Source of the DNA: Octopus vulgaris
Lineage: Eukaryota
NCBI GenBank assembly: GCA_951406725.2
Contig: OX597819.1
Span: forward strand, 7,812,001 to 7,876,000
Length of the DNA stretch: 64,000 nt
Direction of reading: 5' to 3'
Position 1 is the stretch's first letter, and each line of letters begins with the position of its first letter. Both the position numbers and the translations under genes were made by a program. The notes below the pieces were generated by a model, which searched no databases, had not been told where the DNA came from, and was given only the letters and a program-made list of their open reading frames with translations. This document shows, piece by piece, positions 1 to 14,129 of this stretch.

Positions 1-950
1 CACATAATAATCAAGGGGGTTGCAGTCTGGGGAGTTAGGTGGCCAGATGTTAGAGGTAGTGTGATCGAAGAAATTGTCTGACAGCCATGACTGGGTTCTT
101 CTTGTGTCGCATGGTGCAGAGTCCTGTTGCTAGAGATAGGGTCGTCCAGCAGCCATCCGCTTCATTCAGGAAATCACTACCTCCTCCAGGTACTTGATGT
201 AGGCCTCTGCGTTGAGTCTGAGACTCTGTGGGAAGATGAATGGAAGATGATGGCATGGAAGCACTCCGTCGGTTACGACGACGAGGGTTCCGGTTGATCC
301 GATCAACGGAACAGCCTGCTCGTGAAATTAACGTGTAAGTGGCTGAGCACTCCACAGACACGTGTACCCTTAACGTAGTTCCCGGGGATATTCAGCGTGA
401 CACAGAGAGTGACAAGGTCGGCCCTTTGAAATACAGGTACAACAGAAACAGGAAGTAAGAGTGAGAGAAAGTTGTGATGAAAGAGTATAGCAGGGATCAC
501 CACCATCCCCTGCCGGAGCCTCGTGGAGCTTTAGGTGTTTTCGCTCAATAAACACTCACAACGCCCGGTCTGGGAATCGAAACCGCGATCCTACGACCGC
601 GAGTCCGCTGCCCTAACCACTGGGCCATTGCGCCTCCACCAGATGATGGCATAACGTTGCCATCACTAATGATCACTCGAAACACTATGATGTGGATTGG
701 GGGTTTGGTTTTTATCACTCTCAGTACATGGTTTGTGGCTCAGATTGATACCGAAACACTCTGAAACGCCCGTACTGGAACTTCCGGCGCGAATGTCAAG
801 CAGTATAGCATGTCGTTTCCAAATGTCTGGCTGAATGAATTGCGTCCTAGTGCTGTTTTTGTCACAGATGGTGTCCAAACTCAAAAATAAACAATGCGCA
901 TGCGTGAAATTAAAAATGTAAAATGGCGCCAATTCACTCATCGCACCCTG
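1..950 (-). mobile_element. Tc1/mariner-superfamily transposon remnant, internally deleted and interrupted by a SINE; runs off the window start
   Basis: The minus strand of 1-50 translates to IWPPNSPDCNPLDYYV, a Tc1/mariner C-terminal catalytic motif. The terminus is CAGGGTGCGATGAG next to TA at 950. Homologous to 38486-39312. Confidence 0.8.
256..639 (-). mobile_element. tRNA-derived SINE family A
   Basis: A box TGGCCCAGTGG and B box GTTTCGATTCC; near-identical to four other copies; TSD agatgatggca at 245-255 and 641-651. Confidence 0.9.
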
Positions 951-1102
951 TATACAAACATACTGAAATATTCACTTTGAAAAATTCCACTCCATTCTGT
1001 AAGTGTTTATAGTAACAAGCACTTTCATACGAACACGCACACCTACACAGATATGAGTGCATGCATTTATATCTCTATCTGAATCTGTCTCTCTATGTAT
1101 AT

Positions 1103-1319
1103 TCTTTTTACTCTTTTACTCTTTTACTTGTTTCAGTCATTTGACTGCGGACATGCTGGAGCACCGTCTTTAGTCGAGCAAATCGACCCCGGGACTTATT
1201 CTTTGTAAGCCCAGTACTTATTCTATCGGTCTGTTTTGCCGAACCGCTTGGTGACGGGGACGTAAGCACACCAGCATCGGTTGTCAAGCAATGCTAGGGG
1301 CACAAACACAGACACACAA

Positions 1320-1350
<31 letters not shown>

Positions 1351-1522
1351 CATATATACGACAGGCTTCTTTCAGTTTCCGTCTACCAAGTCGACTCACA
1401 AGGCATTGGTCGGCCCGGGGCTATAGCAGAAGACACTTGCCCAAGATGCCACGCAGTGGGACTGAACCCGGAACCATGTGGTTGGTTAGCAAGCTACTTA
1501 CCACACAGCCACTCCTGCGCCT
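1103..1522 (-). mobile_element. tRNA-derived SINE family B (internal CA/TA microsatellite, (GTAAAAGA)n tail)
   Basis: A box TGGCTGTGTGG, B box GGTTCAGTCCC, CORE-like CTTGGGCAAGTG segment; many copies in the window. Confidence 0.9.
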
Positions 1523-1741
1523 ATCATACATGTATGTATGTACCATACATACATGTGAGGAATATTACCATGCCGCAGCATTTTAGTTAAAGAGAAAATA
1601 TTGCTTTTAAATTCTTAATCTTCATCAATGTTTGTATAAGAGAAAAATTACAAACTGAAATTAATAATCCTACTTTACAATTCTCGTAAGAACGAAATTC
1701 TGTTGCCTCAGACAGTCATAACAGGAAGAATATATCTCTGA

Positions 1742-1742
<1 letters not shown>

Positions 1743-1808
<66 letters not shown>

Positions 1809-2033
1809 GGTGTGTGTATGCACACACACACACAAAATCAAACATATATAATTACTCTTGGGAAGGTGTATCTCGAACGAAATAAAGCTATAATAAAGCA
1901 TGCCAATATTAGGGACTCGAACACACATCTCCTATAAACATGACAGACGCTCTACCACTGGATCAAAACATTCCTTCGAATTTTTCTATTCGTTTCAAAA
2001 ATTCTATTCTTACAATGTATGTATGTATGTATG

Positions 2034-2064
<31 letters not shown>

Positions 2065-2209
2065 ATATGACCATGTATATATGTATATGTATGTATATAC
2101 ACATGCATATATATGCATATATATATATATGTATAAGCGTGCTTGTTTGTATGTATGCATCCACAAAGGAGTAAAGAGAGAGAGAGGGAGAGATAGAGAG
2201 AGAGAGGGA

Positions 2210-2266
<57 letters not shown>
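1743..2266. repeat. Compound microsatellites (GT)n, (TATG)n and (GA)n
   Basis: Seen directly. Confidence 0.9.
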
Positions 2267-2267
<1 letters not shown>

Positions 2268-2513
2268 ACGTAAGATAATTTATAATATAGAGATAAAGAT
2301 CTTCAATTTGTTGGTTTGTGTTTACAAATTATAACTCGAAAATAATTGGAAAATTCAAATGTTATCTTCGGAGATAAATTAATTCCACTGCCATTGGAAG
2401 AAATGCTGGTGGTGCTGGTATCATACTCATACACCTCCACACGCACATGCATACGTACAGAGAAACACGCATGCACACACACACACACACACACGCTTAT
2501 ATTCATTCATTCT

Positions 2514-2743
2514 GCGGCGAACTGGCAGAAACGTTAGCACGCCGGGCGAAATGCGTAGCCGTATTTCATCTGCCGTTACGTTCTGAGTTCAAATTCCGCC
2601 GAGGTCAGCTTTGCCTTTCATCCTTTCGGGGTCGATAAATTAAGTACCAGTTACGCACTGGGGTCGATGTGATCGACTTAATCCATTTGTCTGTTCTTGT
2701 TTGTCCCCTCTGTGTTTATCCCCTTGTGGGTAGTAAAGAAATA
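2514..2743 (+). mobile_element. tRNA-derived SINE family C
   Basis: Head GGCGA(A/G)CTGGCAGAAACGTTAG, B-box-like GAGTTCAAATTC, 3' end GTGGGTAGTAAAGAAATA; many copies. Confidence 0.88.
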
Positions 2744-2874
2744 TATATTCATTCATTTATATATTCGTGTATATACACGCATATATGTGTGCGTGTAAAA
2801 AGATATGCATGTGAGTGAGATTGGTGGACAAGATTTGTTGATTATATTTACCACAGTACTTCACTAGCATCTCT

Positions 2875-3150
2875 TTTTATCTCTTTTACATGTTTCAGCC
2901 ATTGGTCAAGCTGGAGCACCGCCTTGAAGGGTTTTAGTTGAATAAATTAACCCTGGTAGTTAATAATATTTTTTAGGTTTGGTACTTATTCCATCGCTCT
3001 CTTTTACTGAACAGCTACTGAGCACACATACAAATAACGGCCTTTCACTGTTTCCGTTTACCATATTAACACGCAGTGGGACTGGACTCGAAACCACGTT
3101 GTTGAAAAGAAAAGCGAGCTTCTTAACCACACAGCCAAACCTGTGCCTAC
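2875..3150 (-). mobile_element. Old degenerate SINE family B copy
   Basis: Partial matches to the family B tail (ctggagcaccgcctt) and head (accacacagcca). Confidence 0.65.
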
Positions 3151-4098
3151 AGCCATGCCTTCTCCTATAGCTAAACCTGCACCTTTTCGCGTGGTACTTA
3201 ATTTTATCAACAACAGAAAGAAAATTAGTGGGGTTTGAACTCAGGACATAAAGACATGGAACAAGAGATGGTATTTGTTGTAGCGCTGATATTGGTCACG
3301 TTATCCAGGATTTTGGAGAGAGTACATGGACTGCAAATAACACGGTGGGGATTTACGCAGAGATAAATGAAAACGAAATCAGCAAAATCAGCAAAATCAG
3401 AGGATAACACCGAGAAAATTCGAAATAACTCTGTCGCATGAAAGACCTAAGACAAAAAAGGAGAAAGCAACCCCAGTTTCTTGCTCCCTGTTTACTGTGC
3501 CACAGCTTTTTTAAGCTCCTTTAGACTCATCAATCTTGTTCTAACTTGAATTTCATAAATCACACAAAGCGCCTTCTTTTCTACCCTTTCCTTTTCATTC
3601 CTATGACATTTGAAGTTTATGAGGGCTTGACTGAAGAGGAAAAAATCATGTCCCTATGCTTTTAAGCATTTCTTTTATCGCAGCCACTGGGTAGAGGAAA
3701 ACTGGCTGTTCACCCTCACCAAGTGAAAGACCGCATATCGATATCCACGACAGACTCAGCTAATAACTGGATCCATCAAACAAGTGAAAGATGCTAATCG
3801 ACACAAGCCTACAATTCGATAATACATGGACTTTGAACGAGTGCGCAACTCGGAACAGTTTCGGTTACTGGTGCTTCCACAGCTGTGGAACTTTTCGGCT
3901 AATCTCCAACCCGAGTAGCCAAGAACATAACTTCTGCGTGGTCAAAAGTGGCGTTCTTTATTGCTTCGTCCATTGTTGTTGTTTTCTCCGTTTTGTAGTT
4001 GCTGGTTGTTCTTGCAGCTGCTCTTGCTGCCACTCTGCTTATCACAATTACTCTCACTGTTATGCAGTAATGTCAATGCAGCAGCAGAAACTGGTGCT

Positions 4099-4470
4099 TG
4101 GAGGCGCAATGGCCCAGTGGTGAGGGCAGCGGACTCGCGGTTTCGCTTCCCAGACCGGGCGTTGTGAGTGTTTATTGAGCGAAAACACCTAAAAGCTCCA
4201 CGAGGCTCCGGCAGGGGATGGTGGTGATCCCTGCTGTACTCTTTCACCACAACTTTCTCTCACTCTTACTTCCTGTTTCTGTTGTACCTGTATTTCAAAG
4301 GGCCGGCCTTGTCACTCTCTGTGTCACGCTGAATATCCCCGAGAACTACGTTAAGGGTGCACGTGTCTGTGGAGTGCTCAGCCACTTACACGTTAATTTC
4401 ATGAGCAGGCTGTTCCGTTGATCGGATCAACCGGAACCCTCGTCGTCGTAACCGACGGAGTGCTTCCATC
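4099..4470 (+). mobile_element. SINE family A
   Basis: Matches the family consensus; TSD cagaaa(c/g)tggtgc at 4085-4097 and 4471-4483. Confidence 0.9.
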
Positions 4471-4581
4471 CAGAAAGTGGTGCAAAATGACGTCAAAACC
4501 CAGGATTGAAATAGCAGTCACATCACTATTTGTTCTCAAGTCAAAAATTAAAGAACACTCTTTTCTCTTAATGTCACCCGA

Positions 4582-4618
<37 letters not shown>

Positions 4619-5382
4619 TACATCCACTATGAACAGCATGATGGTATGTTTGGTATTGATCATATTTCAAAAAAGAATTTGGGAACTTTTGCAGATTCAT
4701 TGAATTTCATTGATCTTCGAGTCCACAGAGTCGTTCTAAACAATAAAAACTGCCTCTCAGTAATGTGTCCGTTTTCCACCGATAGCTACCTAGGAAGAAG
4801 TTGTTGAATGAGTCTTGTCACATGATAATAAATTTCGTGGAGTAGATACATTAAACCAAGTGATTTACCGTCCGTGATGCTTTCACTATGACACTGCAGC
4901 CGTTCTGCATCACTTTACGCGTCTATGTTTCTAAGTCTCTCACTTTTCTTCTCGAGTGTTACCCAATTGCTAAACTGTGTCCAATGTACTCTAATCGCTC
5001 TATGCAGGGAGGACCAACATGCGTTGTTAGAAACTATCCCTATCAACGCCTGTTCACTAATCCATTAATCCGGTCTCTCTAAGCTTAGTTTACTGGTGAT
5101 AACATGTTCAGTGTCGTTGCCAGTATTCCAAGAGTCCCTGCCTAGGAAGCATAATTAAGTTGACAGCATATATTTGTGGTTTGTATAGCCAACAACTTTG
5201 AATTGTTGGCAACGCAAGCTATCCCTATCTACTGCTCTACCAAATTATCTAAATACAATCTATATGACCCGCTATGATTTGCCCACTGGCATATTCGAGA
5301 AAATTCGTGCAAGTTTGATAATCTAGTGATGGTGTCACAATGAAAACACTGGTAATTGCGTAACCTGATAATCGCTACCTCA

Positions 5383-8300
5383 TATGAGTGACAATAAAAA
5401 CACCAAATATTGTGAATAACGGTGGTAATGAAACTGAAGCCAATGATGGTGACAGTGTTACACCCGGTAGGCTCAGAGATATAGCCTGTCTATAACTCTG
5501 TCTATATCCAGAAAGGGACCACCACACACGGCGTAGATGTAACAAGCAAATTAGTACTGTGGTCATGGAGAGTTACTACCTGAGCAGCTCGGTAGATGAG
5601 AATGATGCTCAAATTAGGAATTACTGACAACGTATGAATGCTCATTGGAGAGAAAAGGGATTGTTTCAACTCACGGAACAGAGACTATGTGATCAAGCTA
5701 GAGCAATAAGAAAAAAGTGTTGGTTCGCAGAAGTAGAGCTCGAAGCTAACAAAAGACGGGTTTTGGAAAATAGCAGCAGAGATAACAATGAAAATACAGC
5801 TCTTACTAATAAGAGTAATCTCATAGCACAGGAAAGGAGCAGTGGCAGTTTACTTGATGGGAGACATATAGATGATCTGAAAGAATACAGTAAAACTAAT
5901 GGCGACATGACAGATGAACAAAAGGCAATCCACGACAGAATAAAGGCAAGACTACAGGAGAACGATAGCGACATTATTTGCAACATTAAAAAGGTTGATC
6001 GATGGAAATTGAACCAAGAAACGAAAAATGTCAATGAAATTCTGAAATACATCTGAACAAACAACATCACAGAAACACATAATTTGATCAAGGCAGCAAG
6101 TATTGTTGTAGCAGAAAATGTGGGTGTTGATGTCAAGGAAAAGAAACATAATGAAAGTGACAAAAGAGAAAATCCATGGTGGAACAGAAGAATCCAGGCA
6201 GGGTTAGACGTGCTCTCGAAAGAAATCTCTGTGTTAGACCGAAAAGGGAAAGGGGACCTTAAAAGCGAACAAAAATATAGGGCACTGAAAAGGAAGTATA
6301 ATATTGAAAGAAAAGGCCTGAAAGTAGTAGTGGAGGAACTGAAATAGTGCCTCGTTGCAAAGACAGAAAAGATGGTAAGATACGACCACAGAGTGAAGGG
6401 TTACCACCAGAATAGGTTATTCAGAGTAGATCAGAAGAGATTCTATAAAGAAATAAATGGTGAGTGTACAGATGAAAAGTTGATACCAGATAACATTGAA
6501 AGTTAAAGGTTTTGGAGTGACATCTGGAGCAAAGACAAGGAGCACAAGAAGGATGCTGAATGGTTGCAAGAACTGAAACAAACAGTAGTCTGTCCCAAAC
6601 AGGCAGAACTAGTCATTTCAGTTAGGGAAGTGAAGGAAATCAGCAGAAAAATGAGCAACTGGAAGAACCCCACCCCTACCACCTGGACCAGACGGGGTTC
6701 AAGGCTACCGGATCAAAAGATTTGGTGAATGTCATGCACGAATAGCTGCCCCACTCAACACCTTGTTTAATACCGACCAAGTAACACCAGACTGGTTGAC
6801 ATTGGGTAGGACAGTGCTGTGCTTGAAAAACATCGAAAACGGCAATACGGTAGACAATTACAGGCCGATATCCTGTTTGCCACTTATGTGGAAGTTATTG
6901 ACTGGAATACTCGCAGAGTCAATGTACGAACATCTGGAAAAAATGGAGTCCTGCCACATGAACAGAAGGGTTGCAAACTTAAGTGCAGAGGTACCAAGGA
7001 TCAACTCCTGATAGACAAAACTGTACTTAGAGACTGCAAGAGGAGGAAAAGTAACTTAGCTATGTCATGGATCGACTATCGTAAGGCGTACGATATGATC
7101 CCACATTCTTGGATTATGGAGTGTATGAACCTATTTGGTATTGCATCGAATGTTGAGCGATTGCTTGGAAAAAGTATGGCGAATAGGAGGACGGACCTGA
7201 CAGCATACGGAAGAAGTTTAGGGACAGTAGAAATTAGGAGGGGCATCTTCCAAGAGGACTGCCTGTCCCCACTGAACTTTGTACTGTGCTTGATACCACT
7301 AACACTGATTCTGAGGAAAGCAAAAGCTGGGTGTGTATTCAAAACCCGCCAACAAAAAGTCAACCATTTGTTATTCATGGATGACCTCAAACATTATGGA
7401 AAAGATAAAGCCCAAGTAAGTTCCCTCGTTGATACGGTGTATACTTTCAGTGCTGATATCAGAATGGAGTTCGGACTGAGAAAGTGTGGTGTGTTAGTCT
7501 TGAAGAGAGGCAAAATCAAATGTATGGACGGGCTAGCGATACCGTCGGAGGAGGTTATGAAGCAGATAGAAGAGACGGGCTATAAGTACTTGGAGATTTT
7601 GGAAATGGATAAATTGATGGAGAAAGAAATGACAGAAAAATTTAAGGTAGAGTACTTGTGCGGACTGAGACTGATCCTTAAGACGAAATTAAATGGACGG
7701 AATAAGATCAAAGCTATCAACACTTGGGCGGTTTCACTCCTTAGATATGGAGCTGGGGTAATCACATGGACAGTAGACAGAAAGACAAGGAAGTTGCTAA
7801 CTAGATATGTGTCACTCCACCCCAAAAATGATACAGACAGACTGTATGTACCAAGAAAAAGAGTGGGAAAAGGACTTATTGGGTGCGAACACAGCATTAG
7901 AGCAGAAGAATACAACATAGCATGGTACGAAAAATTCGACAGAACCGCAATTATTAGAAGTAAGAAGTTTAGGCTTGTGTAGGCAGAAAGATTGCAAAGA
8001 TAAGGCACTATATAAGAAATTGAAAACGAATGAAACTGAAAATAGGTGGGTAAAGAAAAGATTGCATGGTCAATTTCATAGGGATATTGAAGATAAGACA
8101 GAGAAAAAAGATGGCTGTGGATGACTAAAAGTGATTTAAAATTGGAAACGGAGGCTCTACTCTGTGCTGCCCAGGGGAAGTATTAAGAACAAAGTTCATA
8201 AAATACAGAAAAGTCAACTCAGCAGAAAGTGATAAGTGCAGAACCTGTGGACAAAACGGCGAAACCGTATGGCATATTACCAACCAATGTTCGCCACTAA

Positions 8301-8542
8301 CACAGAAGGAATATAAGAGAAGCCACGACAATATAGCCAGGCTTGTCCATTGGACACTCTGCAACAAGTATGGACTTGACAGAGCAAAAAATTGGTACGA
8401 CCACAAACCTGAAGGCATCGTCGAAAATAGAAATGCAAAGATCCTATGGGATTTTATGATTCAGTGTGCGACCATGAGATAGAGAATAGGAAGCCAGACA
8501 TAGTCTTAATTGAGAAAGAAAATAAACTATGCTGGATCATAG

Positions 8543-8543
<1 letters not shown>
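5383..8543 (+). mobile_element. Non-LTR retrotransposon, R4/Dong clade (RT plus restriction-like endonuclease), pseudogenised and 3'-truncated
   Basis: RT motifs [34 protein letters not shown] and HLLFMDDLK. Downstream CRTCG..ETVWHI..C zinc knuckle and RKPDIVLIEKENKLCWIID REL motif. Several stops and frameshifts. Ends in (AAT)n. Confidence 0.9.
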
Positions 8544-8612
<69 letters not shown>

Positions 8613-8701
8613 ATTTTACTATAGATACAAGTCTTGAAATTTGGAGGTAGCTGCTGTTGTTGTTGTTGTTGTTGATGATGGTGATGATGATGATGATGAC
8701 T

Positions 8702-8744
<43 letters not shown>

Positions 8745-8772
8745 GAAGGAGGAGGAGTAGAAGTAGGAAGAG
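8543..8772. repeat. (AAT)n plus a compound (GTT)/(GAT)/(GGA) microsatellite
   Basis: Seen directly. Confidence 0.9.
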
Positions 8773-8784
8773 GATCTCAGTTCT

Positions 8785-9566
8785 CGGGTACTTCATTTCA
8801 TCGACCCTGGAAGGATAAAAGTCAAAGTTGATCTTTGAGGTATTTGTCCGATGGGTTAATGATTCTGCCAGCTCACCGCCTTAATAATACTGGTTTCAAA
8901 TTTTGGTGCATAGGCAGCACTTTCGGGGAAGAGAGTAAGTCGATTACATCGATCCCAGTATTGGATTGGTTCCTATTTTATCGACCTAGAAAGTAGGAAA
9001 GACAAAGTCGACCTCGGCGGAATTTGAATTCAGAACGTACAGATGGTTGAAATGCCACTAAACAGTTTGTCCTATTCGCTAAAGATTCTGAAAGGTCGTC
9101 GCCTTTATAATGCTAATAAATTTTGGCACAAGGCTAGTAGTTTCCTATTTCTTTATTACCCACAATGGGCTAAACACAGAGGGGACAAACAAGGATAGAC
9201 ATAGGTATTAAGTCGATTACATCGACCCCAGTGCGTAACTGGTACTTAATAATTTATCGACCCCGAAAGGATGAAAGGCAAAGTCGACCTCGGCGGAATT
9301 TGAACTCACAACGTAACGCAGACGAAATACCGCTAAGCATTTCGCCCGGCGTGCTAACGTTTCTGCCAGCTCGCCGCCCTAGTAGTTTCCAAATAAGGGC
9401 AAGTCGATTACATTGACCCCAGTCTTCAACTCATACTTATTTTATCGATCCTGATAAGATGAAACGCAAAGTCACCCTCGGCGGAATTTAAGCTTAGAAG
9501 GTAAAGATGGACGAAAAGCCGCTAAGCATTTTGCCAGTGTGCTAGCGATTCTGCCGGTTCGTCGCC

Positions 9567-9567
<1 letters not shown>
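8785..9567 (-). mobile_element. Cluster of four SINE family C copies; the youngest is at 9146-9379
   Basis: Repeated tcgaccc..aaggatgaaaggcaaagtcgacctcggcggaatttgaactc..ctgccagctcgccgcc segments. Confidence 0.8.
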
Positions 9568-9642
<75 letters not shown>

Positions 9643-9784
9643 CACCACCACCACCATTACTACTACTACTACTACTACTACTACTGCTACTGCTGCTGCT
9701 GCTGCTCATAATAATAATGATAATAATAATAATAATGATAACAATAATAATAATAATAATAATAATAATATTAATAATAATAAT
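9567..9784. repeat. (CTA)n/(CCA)n/(AAT)n compound microsatellite
   Basis: Seen directly. Confidence 0.9.
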
Positions 9785-10320
9785 GCACAAGGTCATTATT
9801 TGTCCCTTTTATAAAAAAAAAAACAGGAAAGAACAAATATAAAGAACGAAAACGCACCTGTTTTTGTTACATAATACTTGGTCCTTTTGTGCAAATATGC
9901 TTTGGCTACAAGACAAAACTGCAGCTCATATTTAGTTTCCATTCTATTGTAGCTTTTATTTGACAACGCCTACGCGCTCGTCTCAGTGTGTTTGCTATTA
10001 TTGTTTAATATTTAAATCAACACTTACCACAAAGTTATTTTTTTCTCTGAGTTTAGTGCTGTCGGCCTTTTATGGTTTTGGATTTGGTCATTTTAAAATC
10101 TGCGCAAATATTTTGTCTTTCACAAATGTTTCATCGGCGTGGAGGTGTTGTGCTATTTGTTTATTTTGGCGCTCCTCTTCTTCAGCGGATAATTTTAGTG
10201 CAATTTCATTTTTAATATATTTAAAAAAATGAAATTGTCAATAACTTGTATTCAATAGAGAAGCACGAATAAACACGTTTTGCTAACATCAATAACAAGA
10301 ACAAAAACAGATAAAATCGT

Positions 10321-10740
10321 TGCTGCTGTTGTTGTTGTTGTTGTTGTTGTTGTTGATGATGATGGTAATGATGATGATGATGATGACTATGATGATGATA
10401 ATGATGATGATGATGATGATGATGATGAGAAGGAGGGGGAGTAGAAGTAGGAAGTAGGAAGAAGAAGAAGAAGAAGAAGAAAGGGGAGGGGGACGAGGTG
10501 AGAAGAAGAAGAAGCAGAAGAAGGAGGAGAAGAAGAAGAAGAAGAAGAAGAAGAAGAAGAAGAAGACGAAGAAGAAGAAGAAGGAGAAGAAGAAGGAGAA
10601 GAAGAAGAAGAAGAAGAAGAAGAAGGAGAAGAAGTAGAAGAAGAAGAGGAAGAAGAACAGAAGAAGAAGAAGAAGAAGAAGAAGAAGAAGAAGAAGAAGA
10701 AGAAGAAGAAGAAGAAGAAGAAGAAGAAGAAGAAGAAGAA
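10321..10740. repeat. Compound (GTT)/(GAT)/(GAA) microsatellite
   Basis: Seen directly. Confidence 0.9.
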
Positions 10741-11168
10741 ATCTTTATTTGAATCAGCGGGTCGAATCTAAAAAAAACATGACACAAGATTGGCCCCAAA
10801 CCATTCAATAGTCCGAGTTAGTGACAACTTCTGAAAGGATTATTTAGTTTCTACTCGATAATTTCTTGTCCATTTTGGGAGAATATATGTCATTGTTTTC
10901 ATAAGAATTTTTCCGAATTGTTCAACTCGGGTGTCATTGGTTCCATGGTTGTATTTGGTGTTTGTTACGTTTGGCAAGGACGGCGGTTCCGTTGTATGTT
11001 TTGCCTATTGATAGTTGCTTCTGATATATGTATTAAAATGAAATAGGAAGCAACTTTGTACATATCTACATACACATATACACATGAGTATGTGTGTGTA
11101 TTTGAGTGTGTGTATGTGTGTGTGTGTGTGTGTGTGTGCATGTCGGTTAACAATCCATTAGTAATGGA

Positions 11169-11564
11169 GTGGAGACGCAATGGCCCAGTGGTTAGGGCAG
11201 TGGACTCGCGGTCATAGGATCGCGGTTTCGATTCCCAGACCGGGCGTTGTGAGTGTTTATTGAGCGAAAACACCTAAAAAGCTCCACGAGGCTCCGGCAG
11301 GGGATGGTGGTGATCCCTGCTGTAGTCTTTCACCACAACTTTCTCTCACTCTTACTTCCTGTTTCTGTTGTACCTTGTATTTCAAGGGGCCGGCCTTGTC
11401 ACTCTCTGTGTCACGCTGAATATCCCCGAGAACTACGTTAAGGGTACACGTGTCTGTGGAGTGCTCAGCCACTTACACGTTAATTTCACGAGCAGGCTGT
11501 TCCGTTGATTCGGATCAACCGGAACCCTCGTCGTCGTAACCGACGGAGTGCTTCCAAAAAAAAG
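11169..11564 (+). mobile_element. SINE family A
   Basis: Matches consensus, has an A-tail; TSD ttagtaatgga at 11158-11168 and 11565-11575. Confidence 0.9.
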
Positions 11565-11994
11565 TTAGTAATGGAAGCAAATAAATGGTGGTAAAAAGTA
11601 GTGCCTCCTTAATCAGGGTGGATTAATAAGAGTCTGACGTGTCATCATTAGGTGGGGATCTGATACAGTGTTTAGTAAGGGGCCTGATATAAGATTTCTA
11701 ATTTAAAATTCATTCGACTAAAAGATTGTCCAGAGCGGCGCCCTAGCATGGTGGTGAGGGACAAACATAGGCATAAAGACACTCATACACATAGATAACA
11801 CTTCAGGATCGATACTACTGAGTGGCACCTTTGGCAACTGTCTTCTAATATAACCACGGGCCGACTAAAGCCTGTTGATGGGATTTGACAGACTGAAACT
11901 GAAAGAAACCTGTTGTGTGCGTGTGCGTGTGTGTGTATGTGTTGTGCGTGTGTGTGTATATGTGTATGTTGTGTGTGTATGTATGTATATTATG

Positions 11995-12063
<69 letters not shown>

Positions 12064-12196
12064 ATATCTATCTATCTATATATATATATATATATATATA
12101 GGGGGAGAGTTCACGAAAAAAGAACAAAAGACAAAGACAGGTGGTGTACAAAACAAACAGATGTTTTAGTATAACGCTCAGGAATAGAAAAAAAGT

Positions 12197-12232
12197 CTTT
12201 AACGTTTCGAGCTTACGCTCTTCTACAGAAAG
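12197..12232 (-). ncRNA. Hammerhead-ribozyme-like motif (minimal type I, variant core CUGUAGA)
   Basis: Minus strand: cttt-CTGTAGA-a-gagc(gtaa)gctc-GAAA-cg-TT-aaag. Stems I and II pair; core A6 is substituted. Confidence 0.45.
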
Positions 12233-12660
12233 GGACACAGAAAAAACAAGGAGAGAAAAAATGTGTGTAGTGGCTACCGATCTATTATCTATATACTCAC
12301 ACACACGATTCAAATAGAGGTTATGATGGCCTCCTTAAGGGATTGTATCGTCCAAGAAAATACTGGTTCAATGCCTAATATTCTGTGAGGAGGTAAATAT
12401 CCATAAAATAATAGGTTTATATATAAACTATGGTCTGTTGTGTCTGGGGAGAGTCATTTTCTTTTTGTGCCTTATAATGTAACACACTCACCGGTAAAAT
12501 TTCCACTTATTTCTTATTCTCATTTTCCTAAGGCACAAAAAGAGAATGACTCTCCCCAAACACAACAGAATATACTTCAACACACGAGCTCATATAAAGA
12601 ATCTTGCAAACCAAATCCCAAAACGAAAACTATGGTTTACAATCATGAAATAAAGAATAT

Positions 12661-13145
12661 GAAAATGGAAATATTTAGGTTAATAAGAGTTTATTATCAG
12701 CAAAAATCGATCATTATCACTTACAACTGTTTCAGTTAAGCTTAGTGAAGTTAACTAAATATTAAAATACTATTTCTGAGCTTAATCACTTCAGAGGGAT
12801 AAAAACTATATACCCTTAGATATTTTATGTGTTAGTTTTCTGAATCATCACTGCAGACTGAATAAAACTGTTTATGATTAGTAATGGTATGTCTGCGAGG
12901 GGGTCACAGGTTAGTTGTTGGTAAGATATAGTATGCAAATATAATCAGGATAATGGATAGTAAATAAACAGAGATTAAAGAGTAAATCATAATTTCAAGA
13001 AAGTACAATATGAATGAAAAGAGGAATTAAATTACATTTGTAGATTATATATATACAATATTGAGAAAATTGATCTATATATAAAAAAAAATACATTCAT
13101 ACTTGCTATAACACGATTATACATTCATCCTTTAGTTCAGTATAT
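12661..13145 (-). mobile_element. Putative non-autonomous PLE-derived repeat carrying a degenerate hammerhead at 12717-12799
   Basis: Diverged inverted homolog of 19372-19850; minus strand tccct-CTGAAGT..GAAA-cagttg-TA; abuts (TA)n. Confidence 0.6.
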
Positions 13146-13147
13146 AT

Positions 13148-13900
<753 letters not shown>

Positions 13901-13942
13901 TATATATATATATATATATATATACATATATATATAAATATA

Positions 13943-13998
<56 letters not shown>

Positions 13999-14037
13999 CA
14001 CACATATATATATGTATATATATATATATTACACCCC

Positions 14038-14117
<80 letters not shown>

Positions 14118-14129
14118 TATAATTTACAA

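Noticed and set aside
303-555. Recurrent small ORFs (MVVIPA..., MFIERKH..., MSSNARG..., MRNWYLI...)
   Set aside because: They recur only because they lie within SINE copies; there is no evidence of coding function.
4099-4170. SINE heads as tRNA genes
   Set aside because: They have A and B boxes but no complete cloverleaf, and they continue into SINE bodies with TSDs.
4620-5100. Possible degenerate LINE endonuclease on the minus strand
   Set aside because: Too decayed to assign motifs by eye.
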